Positions 47,763 through 54,840 of a stretch of 54,840 bases of DNA are shown here, one piece after another; position 1 is the stretch's first letter, and every line of letters starts with the position of its first letter. The translations under genes and the position numbers were made by a program. The DNA comes from Parcubacteria bacterium C7867-007 (GTDB lineage Bacteria > Patescibacteriota > Minisyncoccia > Phycocordibacterales > Phycocordibacteraceae), in assembly GCA_001189195.1 (NCBI GenBank), contig LFCQ01000006.1:1-54840 (forward strand), given 5' to 3'. The notes under the pieces are model-generated. The model did no database searches, was not told where the DNA came from, and saw only the letters and a list, made by a program, of their open reading frames with translations.

Positions 47763-48455
47763 TTATTTTCTTATTACTGGAACCATAAGTGTGTTGCTGT
47801 TCCAATATTTACAGTTTAACGGAGGTTCAACATCACAAATAGATTTGTCAATTTGTTTAAATCCTGCAGCACGTAATTTTTCTGTATGTTCATCACTGAA
47901 ATCTTGAATTTCGTCTGAATAATATGTTAAGACTCCACCTGAAACCAATAACCTATATGCATCAGAAAAGAAAGAAAAATGATTCTTATGAATTTCTTTT
48001 TCTGAGAGTGGATATGTATCAAATAATATTCCATTAATTGAATTATCTGGAATATTAGTAATACATTCTTCCCAAAAACCAAAAATAGTATCAGTTGTTA
48101 CTTTTGAATTACGACTAAAATCTAAAAGACGCTCATACACATCTCTATTTGCTTCGATAATTATATGCTTATCAATATGCTCTTTTTGAATATATGACGC
48201 TGATATACCCATTCCATAGCCCACCTCTAAAATAATGCCACCTTGCGAGCAAGCAACCTTTGCAAGTTGCTGCATGTAATTATCTTCCCAGTCCTCCATG
48301 ACTGGATGTCCTTGTATTTGAAGTGTGTGATCATCAAAAATGGCAGATGAATCCTTCCAAGTTTCTCTTTCTTTAAAGCCAATAGTAATGCGAGATTCAA
48401 CGGTATCTCTTTTTGACGATAAATCTTCTTTATTGCTAATCGCTAAATTCGGCAT
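47763..48455 (-). CDS. Guanidinoacetate N-methyltransferase (GAMT/RMT2)-family methyltransferase-like protein
   Basis: ILEVGYGMGISAS (SAM motif I), GILFDTYPLSEKE, LLVSGGVLTYYS and PPLNCKYW parallel remembered human GAMT VLEVGFGMAIAAS, GILYDTYPLSEE, LLKPGGVLTYCN and PPADCRYY. Confidence 0.7.
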   Translation of the reverse strand: MPNLAISNKEDLSSKRDTVESRITIGFKERETWKDSSAIFDDHTLQIQGHPVMEDWEDNYMQQLAKVACSQGGIILEVGYGMGISASYIQKEHIDKHIIIEANRDVYERLLDFSRNSKVTTDTIFGFWEECITNIPDNSINGILFDTYPLSEKEIHKNHFSFFSDAYRLLVSGGVLTYYSDEIQDFSDEHTEKLRAAGFKQIDKSICDVEPPLNCKYWNSNTLMVPVIRK

Positions 48456-48476
48456 CTTTAGTTAAATTAAATTTTC

Positions 48477-48968
48477 TTATTTATTTAGTTTATGATGCAC
48501 CACAACCCGCCACTCTCTCCAAATGAAATACATCACCACAATATCAAAGATGGTTATCGCAATAACCGCTAATGAACCCTGCGTGGCAATTTGATAAAAC
48601 TGATACACCAAGAATAGTGAAAGTACGATAAGGGATGCTGGATACGCCCACAACCAATTCTTTAGAAGGGCACCAATAAGTACGCTCTTAATAAGTCCAC
48701 GAGAAAGCAGATACACTGCAAGAAATACTGCTGTACCTGCGCCATACGCTCCAGCTTCCTCAACTAAGTGCTCGTGGATGAAAGGGAAAGGGGCTGTGGC
48801 ATCAATAAGCATGGTGAGTAGGGAAAGAAACAGACTCACCGGAATAATGAGGATGATAATGCCCACAATCACCTCTGCAACCGATATCGCACCCTTTAAA
48901 AGGACGCTAATAAGGAAGAATTCGTAGATCTGTTTCTCCTCTGCGGGGGTCTCAACATGCGGCTCCAT
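48477..48968 (-). CDS. DUF2127-like membrane protein
   Basis: 163 aa with four TM helices. Weak family call. Confidence 0.45.
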   Translation of the reverse strand: MEPHVETPAEEKQIYEFFLISVLLKGAISVAEVIVGIIILIIPVSLFLSLLTMLIDATAPFPFIHEHLVEEAGAYGAGTAVFLAVYLLSRGLIKSVLIGALLKNWLWAYPASLIVLSLFLVYQFYQIATQGSLAVIAITIFDIVVMYFIWREWRVVVHHKLNK

Positions 48969-48976
48969 GGCTGAAG

Positions 48977-48982
48977 TATACT
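48977..48982 (+). promoter_or_regulatory. -10 box TATACT 6 nt upstream of the histidine kinase ATG
   Basis: TATACT-gtactc-ATG. Confidence 0.45.
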
Positions 48983-48988
48983 GTACTC

Positions 48989-50332
48989 ATGCTTCTTCCA
49001 ACCCGAAGTACCAAGTCCCGCCCATACTTCTGGCTAACAATGTTGCTTATTATCGCTGCGGGTATCGCAGTTTCTCTATATGTGTACGCGCAGGTAGATC
49101 GGACTGGTCGTCAGCACATTATTGAACGTACTCTCACGCTCGCCACCGCTATTCCGGTTGGCCATGTACAGACACTTAGTGGCACAGAAGAAGATCTAAC
49201 ACGTCCGGAATACATTGCGCTTAAGTCACTCCTTATGCAGGAGCGTGAAGTGAATCCGGACATTCGCTTTGTCTATATCATCGGTCAGGCACCCGATGGA
49301 GAACTTTTCTTCTACATTGATTCAGAAGATTCTTCCTCTGATGACTATTCACCTCCAGGCGAGTTGTATCCAGAGGCAACACCCGCCATGTATACGTTCT
49401 TCGATAATGGCATCAGTCTCGCAGAGGGTCCCGATCGTGATCGTTGGGGGCTTTGGATTTCTGGCTACGCGCCCGTACGTGATGCCGATGGAAATCTCAT
49501 TGCAATGTTGGGTATGGATATGCCTGCCGGCCCCTATATCACCGACCTCATAGTGTATGCGTCACTGCCACTTTTATTCACACTCCTCCTCATCATTCTT
49601 TTGGTACTAGACCGTACCCGCCGCAGACGCAAGGAAGATGCATTGGCTCAGCGTGCAGAGTTTCTATCAATCGCATCGCATCAGATCCGAACCCCTTTAA
49701 CCGGTATGCGCTGGGCGCTGGAGCAACTTCTTGCCTCAAAGACTTCAACACTTAGCGAAGCAGATCGTCACATTCTTTCCCTTACTCACGAAAGTAGCTC
49801 GGACCTTATCGCACGCGTTAACAACCTGCTTGATGTAACAACCATCGAGCATCGTGGGGGAGTGAATGAACCAAATCAGTCGGTACTGATGCGCCCACTA
49901 TTTGAATCAATTAAAGATAGCTTGATGCTCAGTGCAAAGCGCAAGAACATAACTATCGTTCTTGACGACACTCTGCCAAACGATCTCGAACTAGTATGTG
50001 ATCGTCAGGCAATGCAGCATGTCTTCTTCAATCTTATTGGAAATGCCGTGAAATATACTCATCCAGATACTGACGTTACCGTCTCATACGGCTGGACTCC
50101 AGAAGGGCATACGTTCTGTATACGGGATCGTGGGTTGGGTATTGCTCCATCAGAACAGGAACTTATCTTTGCAGGATACCATCGTACACAGCAAGCGATG
50201 GATAGCGGAGAGGCAGGTAGCGGACTTGGTCTCTATCTCACCAAGCAACTCATTGAGCTGCAGCACGGCAGCATCAGGGTGCATTCAAAAGTAGGGGAAG
50301 GATCAACCTTCACCGTTACACTTCCGAACTAA
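48989..50332 (+). CDS. Sensor histidine kinase with extracytoplasmic sensor domain
   Basis: 447 aa with two TM helices flanking a ~170-aa outside domain. H-box SIASHQIRTPL, N-box NLIGNAVKYT and G-box GSGLGL. Confidence 0.9.
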   Translation: MLLPTRSTKSRPYFWLTMLLIIAAGIAVSLYVYAQVDRTGRQHIIERTLTLATAIPVGHVQTLSGTEEDLTRPEYIALKSLLMQEREVNPDIRFVYIIGQAPDGELFFYIDSEDSSSDDYSPPGELYPEATPAMYTFFDNGISLAEGPDRDRWGLWISGYAPVRDADGNLIAMLGMDMPAGPYITDLIVYASLPLLFTLLLIILLVLDRTRRRRKEDALAQRAEFLSIASHQIRTPLTGMRWALEQLLASKTSTLSEADRHILSLTHESSSDLIARVNNLLDVTTIEHRGGVNEPNQSVLMRPLFESIKDSLMLSAKRKNITIVLDDTLPNDLELVCDRQAMQHVFFNLIGNAVKYTHPDTDVTVSYGWTPEGHTFCIRDRGLGIAPSEQELIFAGYHRTQQAMDSGEAGSGLGLYLTKQLIELQHGSIRVHSKVGEGSTFTVTLPN

Positions 50333-50709
50333 ACTGGCTTCGCTTTGTTGAGGTGTTCGTTTATAAGATTCACCACCGCAGTGATCTGAGGATCAGACTT
50401 TATAAGGTATGCGATAACCCCACTGTCTGCAGCACGTGCAACATGCTCAAGTTCATTTGAGTTGCTCAATATAACAAAAGGAGTAGTGGCAAGGGGAGCC
50501 ATGGCGCGGATCTCTTCCATCATTTCAAGACCACTTTTCTTTGGCATCATCACATCCAGTACCACCGCATCTGGCTTCTCTGAGAAGTACATCTCCACAC
50601 CTTCCTCACCATTCTGCGCCGTAACGACTTCAAATCCAGAAAGGGCGAACTGGTTAGCCAGTACCGTCCTTAGAAGGGTATCGTCTTCAGCAATGAGGAC
50701 CTTTTTCAT
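50329..50709 (-). CDS. Single-domain response regulator (receiver only)
   Basis: MKKVLIAEDD..., VVLDVMMPKKSG, YLIKS. The internal ATG at 50709 sits 6 nt after TGCTATACT on the minus strand. Confidence 0.88.
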   Translation of the reverse strand: MKKVLIAEDDTLLRTVLANQFALSGFEVVTAQNGEEGVEMYFSEKPDAVVLDVMMPKKSGLEMMEEIRAMAPLATTPFVILSNSNELEHVARAADSGVIAYLIKSDPQITAVVNLINEHLNKAKPV

Positions 50710-50775
50710 GGAGTGAGTATAGCACCAGAGAGCCTTCAAATTCATGAAGAGGGGCATTAAAGAGACTTGCCAAAT

Positions 50776-50796
50776 ATACTATATGTGATATAGTAT
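50776..50796. promoter_or_regulatory. Perfect 9-bp inverted repeat ATACTATAT-gtg-ATATAGTAT in the divergent intergenic region
   Basis: Seen directly. It overlaps a TATACT hexamer on the plus strand. Confidence 0.4.
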
Positions 50797-50869
50797 TATC
50801 AGATTGTTGAGGGGTCAGAAATGGCTCAACGGCAACGTTTTTTGATTCTCACCTCAAAAGGAGGCTGCA

Positions 50870-51469
50870 ATGGTACTCACAGGAATTATCCTGGCCCTTG
50901 CAGTCGCCTTCACGGCTGCAGGTTTCATAATCTATCTCGCTGATCTCCGGAAGGATAGCAACAAACCAAATCGGTGGTCGTGGCTTATCTGGAGTGTAAG
51001 CGCGTGGGTAGAAGCCCTGACCTACCAAGCAGAGAATACTGACTGGATCAAAAGTTCGGTCTTGTTTATCTCTGCAGTGGCGTGTATGTACATTGCACGT
51101 GCCATCTGGAAGGGTGGTAAATGGGAAACGCCCGACATAACCGAAGGGTTCTCGGTCGTGGCTTCACTCGTAGCGCTGGTACTGTGGCTCTACTATGGTG
51201 AGACCCTTTGGGCACACATCATGATGGTGGTTGCTCTTCCCATCGCATTTCTGCCGACTTGGCAGAAAGCATGGAAAGATCCAGCGTGTGAAGATTCCCA
51301 TGCCTGGTGGGTTTGGACCGTTGGAGATTGCTTCACTCTGGCACTCGTGTTCACGAACTACGAGTCGCCGACGGAACTTCCGTACATGGTGATGGAGCTC
51401 GTCTGCCACGCAGCCGTCTGGGGTGTGATTGCACGCAAAAATATCGCGCGCGTCGTTGCTCGCATCTGA
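50870..51469 (+). CDS. Hypothetical polytopic membrane protein (SD-led)
   Basis: 199 aa with about six TM helices. AGGAGG lies 5 nt upstream. Codon choice (CTG, GCC, CGG) differs from neighbouring genes. Confidence 0.6.
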   Translation: MVLTGIILALAVAFTAAGFIIYLADLRKDSNKPNRWSWLIWSVSAWVEALTYQAENTDWIKSSVLFISAVACMYIARAIWKGGKWETPDITEGFSVVASLVALVLWLYYGETLWAHIMMVVALPIAFLPTWQKAWKDPACEDSHAWWVWTVGDCFTLALVFTNYESPTELPYMVMELVCHAAVWGVIARKNIARVVARI

Positions 51470-51470
51470 A

Positions 51471-51495
51471 GGGGGGAGGCCACGGCTATCCCCCT
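51471..51495 (+). terminator. Rho-independent terminator
   Basis: GGGGGGA-ggccacggcta-TCCCCCT followed by TTCTTCTTT. Confidence 0.65.
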
Positions 51496-51527
51496 TTCTT
51501 CTTTAGCTACGTATTTAGTCATATAAA

Positions 51528-52112
51528 ATGAATACAACCGTAACAAAAAAGACTATGAAAGTTCTTGTACTAAATAACTTTGCTGTAGGGCAGACCCACC
51601 TCGGTCAGTCTGTATTTGCTGCGCGTTCATTTCGTGTTGGTGATGTGATTACACAGTTCACGGGAGAAACTTTTCATAAATCAGAAATACCGAAACGCTA
51701 TAAAGGAGAGGATGATCGTTTTGTGCAGATTGGGCAAGATCAATTTATGGGTCCTTCAGGAGGGGTAGATGACCTTATAAATCATTCGTGCGACCCTAAT
51801 TCAGGACTTAAATTCAATTCCGAGAATATATACCTTGTTGCCCTTAAGGATATTGCGGAAGGGGATGAGATTACCTGGGACTATTCAACCACGATGTTTG
51901 AGAATAATTGGAAAATGAAGTGTGACTGTAAGAGCGGTAGCTGTCGGAAGATTATTGGAGACTTTTCACTCCTTGATCGAGAGCTCCAGCAAAAGTATAA
52001 GGAATTGAATGTTATACCCCAGTACATCAAAGACTATATGGATAGTCCTGAATATCCTGTATATACTGAAGCTATCGAACAGATGAAGCTTCATGGAAAA
52101 ACGAAACGATAG
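51528..52112 (+). CDS. SET-domain protein (putative lysine methyltransferase)
   Basis: 194 aa. INHSCDPN, EITWDY and a post-SET-like CDCKSGSCRK. Confidence 0.85.
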   Translation: MNTTVTKKTMKVLVLNNFAVGQTHLGQSVFAARSFRVGDVITQFTGETFHKSEIPKRYKGEDDRFVQIGQDQFMGPSGGVDDLINHSCDPNSGLKFNSENIYLVALKDIAEGDEITWDYSTTMFENNWKMKCDCKSGSCRKIIGDFSLLDRELQQKYKELNVIPQYIKDYMDSPEYPVYTEAIEQMKLHGKTKR

Positions 52113-52272
52113 ACTCTTCTTTGCCGTCATCGGCATCAGCTACACTCTTGTAGTTCTTCTTTCGTTTCTTCGAATTTATGTATTTGAGGCATATCCAATA
52201 TATACGGATATGGAGAACATGCCGTCTCTCACTACCGAGCTCTTTAATGTCCCTAATTTCTTACATCCATGA
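52093..52272 (+). CDS. Small TM protein (59 aa) bridging the SET gene and the histidine kinase
   Basis: Absent from the ORF track, which appears to list only ORFs of 60 aa or more. MEKRNDRLFFAVIGISYTLVVLLSFLRIYVF... Overlaps the SET 3' end by 20 nt, and its TGA overlaps the kinase ATG (ATGA). Confidence 0.4.
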   Translation: MEKRNDRLFFAVIGISYTLVVLLSFLRIYVFEAYPIYTDMENMPSLTTELFNVPNFLHP

Positions 52273-53885
52273 TTTGCGAATGGGACATCGCTCAATACCT
52301 TATTTTCTCCGGTAACGGTGAACCATTGATCTATTACTCGCACCTCACCTCAATTGCGATATTCATAGGACTACTTGGTTTTACGTTTCTAAAACTGCGA
52401 CAGTGGCCGAAGAACACATTCCGTTTAATGGCGCTGGCATATATTGTGTGGCTGTTCTGTGACCTCGTACTTTGGGCAAATGAAGGTATTTCAAACGTTA
52501 TGTTCTTCTGGACAATCATTAACTTGGTTGAGCCACTCATATTCGTATTTGCATACGCATACTTTGTCCAGTTCGTAGAAGGGCGTTCTATCTCAATGAA
52601 AGGTAGATGGCTTATTTTCTTATTGCTTGTGCCTACCTTAATAATGGCGCCAATTGGTCTTTCTGTGATCGGTTTCGATTACACCGATTGTGACCGTAAT
52701 GTGGTTGAAGGTATTGCTGCGTACTATAACTACTTCCTCGAGGCCCTTTTCCTTACACTAACTGTAGTTAAGACAGTGAATCTCTTCCTTACCAAGAAAG
52801 TGGTAGCTCAGCGAAATAAACTACTTGCTGTATCTGTTGGTACGACACTCCTTATGTTCTCGTTCCTTGTTGCAAACTATCTCGGTACGGTCACGGGTGA
52901 TTACGTAACAAGTCAGTATGGTCATATTGCCGTGCCTTTCTTTGCTGCCTTCCTTGCCTTTATCACTATCAAATATGAATCATTTGAGCCGCGTATTTTG
53001 CTTATTGATACGCTCGTAGTCGCACTCTTCATTGACCTACTATCACTCTTCTTTGTACGTGTTGAGAACTACCAAATCTACGCAAACGTAGTGGCTATTC
53101 TCATCATGATTCCACTTGGCTACACCCTCCTTACGGGTATACGAAGAGAGGTACGTGCGCGAAAAGAGATTCAGCAGCTTGCGGAAAACCTTGAGATCGC
53201 CAACAAACAGCAGGTAACCCTCATTCACTTCATCACACACCAGATTAAGGGCTTCGTAACAAAGTCACGCAACATCTTCTCCATGACCCTGGAAGGAGAC
53301 TTTGGACCTATTTCGGATCAACTCCGTCCTATGATTGAGGAAGGATTCCGTTCAGATACTAAAGGTGTGACGACTATTCAGGAAATTCTAAACGCAGCGA
53401 ACATCAAGAGTGGCAAGGTGACGTATCAACAGGTACCTTTTGATCTCAAAGAGCTGATTGAAGAGATTGTTAAAGATATTAAATCAGCAGCTGACGCAAA
53501 GGGTCTCGCACTTACCTTTGAAGCAGCAGGTGATTCATTCACATTCAACGGGGACCGCCAGCACATGCTCAACGCACTTAAGAACCTTATCGATAACTCA
53601 ATTAAGTACACACCAACAGGTACCGTGGCAGTAACCCTTACAAAGGAGGGAAGCATCTTCCGCTTCACAATCAAAGATACGGGTATCGGTATCACTCCTG
53701 AGGATATGGCACACCTCTTCACTGAAGGTGGTCATGGAAAGGAATCCATAAAAGTGAATGTTGAATCAACTGGATTTGGTCTGTACATCGTGAAGAACAT
53801 CATTGATGCCCATAAGGGAACGGTACGTGCAGAATCTGAAGGTGCAGGAAAGGGTTCAACCTTTATCGTAGAGCTTCCGGCATAA
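52269..53885 (+). CDS. Multi-TM sensor histidine kinase
   Basis: 538 aa with about eight TM helices. H-box FITHQIKGF, N-box NLIDNSIKYT and G-box STGFGLY. Confidence 0.9.
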   Translation: MICEWDIAQYLIFSGNGEPLIYYSHLTSIAIFIGLLGFTFLKLRQWPKNTFRLMALAYIVWLFCDLVLWANEGISNVMFFWTIINLVEPLIFVFAYAYFVQFVEGRSISMKGRWLIFLLLVPTLIMAPIGLSVIGFDYTDCDRNVVEGIAAYYNYFLEALFLTLTVVKTVNLFLTKKVVAQRNKLLAVSVGTTLLMFSFLVANYLGTVTGDYVTSQYGHIAVPFFAAFLAFITIKYESFEPRILLIDTLVVALFIDLLSLFFVRVENYQIYANVVAILIMIPLGYTLLTGIRREVRARKEIQQLAENLEIANKQQVTLIHFITHQIKGFVTKSRNIFSMTLEGDFGPISDQLRPMIEEGFRSDTKGVTTIQEILNAANIKSGKVTYQQVPFDLKELIEEIVKDIKSAADAKGLALTFEAAGDSFTFNGDRQHMLNALKNLIDNSIKYTPTGTVAVTLTKEGSIFRFTIKDTGIGITPEDMAHLFTEGGHGKESIKVNVESTGFGLYIVKNIIDAHKGTVRAESEGAGKGSTFIVELPA

Positions 53886-53911
53886 CGAATAGAGAAAGAA
53901 GATTTACGAAA

Positions 53912-53931
53912 ACCATAATATGTATTATGGT
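53912..53931 (+). terminator. AT-rich hairpin after the histidine kinase
   Basis: ACCATAAT-atgt-ATTATGGT followed by GTTCT. A weak terminator. Confidence 0.4.
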
Positions 53932-54017
53932 GTTCTAGCACTCCGGGTCGCAAAAGGTGGAGATATTCGTAATCGAATTCTTGCATCTATTAATCGAGTT
54001 TCGGAGGTTATGTCGAT

Positions 54018-54094
54018 GCCGGCGTAGCTCAGCTGGTTAGAGCGTAGGAATCATAACCCTAAGGTCGCAGGATCGTCCCCTGCCGCCGGCACCA
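54018..54094 (+). tRNA. tRNA with CAU anticodon (elongator Met or Ile2), CCA encoded
   Basis: Acceptor GCCGGCG/CGCCGGC, D arm GCTC-AGCTGGTTA-GAGC, anticodon loop ATCATAA, T arm GCAGG-ATCGTCC-CCTGC, then A-CCA. Confidence 0.8.
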
Positions 54095-54112
54095 CTATAT
54101 TTTCACGTTGAT

Positions 54113-54811
54113 ATGCAAGTAATCATCCTCGCAGCCGGACGCGGCACCCGTATGGGCACCCTCACAGACTCTGTTCCAAAACCCATGCTTAAGGTGCACG
54201 GTAAAACGTTGCTTGAACATAAGTTCGATATCCTTCCTGCAGACTGTGAGGAGATTATCCTTGTAGTAGGGTATAAGGCAGAAGTAATCCGTGACGCGTA
54301 CGGAGATTCGTATAAGGGTATCCCCGTCCGATATATTGAACAGGAAACACTTGATGGTACCGGTGGAGCGGTGTGGCTCGCACGACCGTTCATCAAAGAT
54401 CGATTTGCCGTTCTTATGGGGGACGACATCTATGGTGCAGAAGATCTCGCCGCTACTCTCGCAGCGCCAGATTGGGCCCTTCTTGTGGAGCGTACAAAGA
54501 ATATGGCTGAGGGAGGAATCATGGTGGTGGATGAAAACAACCATGTGCTCGGTATTGAAGAGGGAGATCATCGTGGCAAGGCAGGTGTGATGAATACCAA
54601 TCTCTTCGTGCTTGATACTCGTGTGTTTGAATTTCCACTTGTTCCAAAAGCAGCAGGCAGCTCTGAATTTGGTCTTCCGCAGACCGTTGTTGAGGCCTCT
54701 AAAGCCTTTGGTATCCCAGTTCATGCTATAGATTCAACCTCATGGGTTCAGGTCACTGCCCCTGAGGATATAGCGCGTGCAGAATTGCTGGTACCCGCTC
54801 CCTTGAACTAG
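54113..54811 (+). CDS. Sugar-phosphate nucleotidyltransferase (NTP_transferase family)
   Basis: 232 aa. N-terminal MQVIILAAGRGTRMG signature and an LDGTGGAV-type motif. Confidence 0.85.
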   Translation: MQVIILAAGRGTRMGTLTDSVPKPMLKVHGKTLLEHKFDILPADCEEIILVVGYKAEVIRDAYGDSYKGIPVRYIEQETLDGTGGAVWLARPFIKDRFAVLMGDDIYGAEDLAATLAAPDWALLVERTKNMAEGGIMVVDENNHVLGIEEGDHRGKAGVMNTNLFVLDTRVFEFPLVPKAAGSSEFGLPQTVVEASKAFGIPVHAIDSTSWVQVTAPEDIARAELLVPAPLN

Positions 54812-54840
54812 CAGAGAAAACAGGCTATATTCGATGAGTT

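Noticed and set aside
54095-54724. 209-aa and 108-aa minus-strand ORFs opposite the nucleotidyltransferase gene.
   Set aside because: The plus-strand product has a clear NTP-transferase signature. The minus ORFs have no recognisable features, and the 209-aa ORF would run to within one base of the tRNA 3' end at 54094.

Overview
About 55 kb that reads like a small-genome Patescibacteria/CPR-type chromosome, possibly Saccharibacteria-like. That placement is inference from gene content, not a search. The backbone holds housekeeping genes (ssrA-smpB, ftsH, recG, ligA, gatCA, malic enzyme), a 13-kb type IV pilus locus (pilM to pilD, three tandem major pilins, four minor pilins), a complete cyoABCDE quinol oxidase operon, two histidine kinases, a SET-domain protein and four tRNA genes. 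Several segments interrupt it and look foreign by composition, codon choice and translation-start style. Most worth a second look: (1) a tRNA(CAU) gene split by a 216-nt group I IC3-type intron (30510-30796). (2) Directly downstream of it, a three-gene block of Alphaproteobacteria-type regulators: SciP-like, a frameshifted CtrA-like protein with a C-terminal RHH tail, and a ParB-like protein (30840-33310). (3) An orphan 23S-rRNA-like RNA segment bracketed by 19-bp direct repeats with its own terminator (4061-4490), next to a tRNA-Ile(UAU) and a tRNA 3' stub. (4) An AT-rich island (41634-48470) that starts at a tRNA 3' stub. It carries a controller + type III R-M system, a decayed serine recombinase, and an unusual operon of a guanidinoacetate-methyltransferase-like enzyme, a pyruvoyl AdoMet-decarboxylase-like enzyme and a GNAT-like protein. 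(5) Backbone genes repeatedly place a TATAAT-like box 6-8 nt before the start codon, which suggests leaderless mRNAs, whereas most of the compositional outliers carry classic Shine-Dalgarno sites. I saw no CRISPR array, no full rRNA gene and no intact transposase or integrase. All homology statements come from motif recognition by eye and memory; no search was run.
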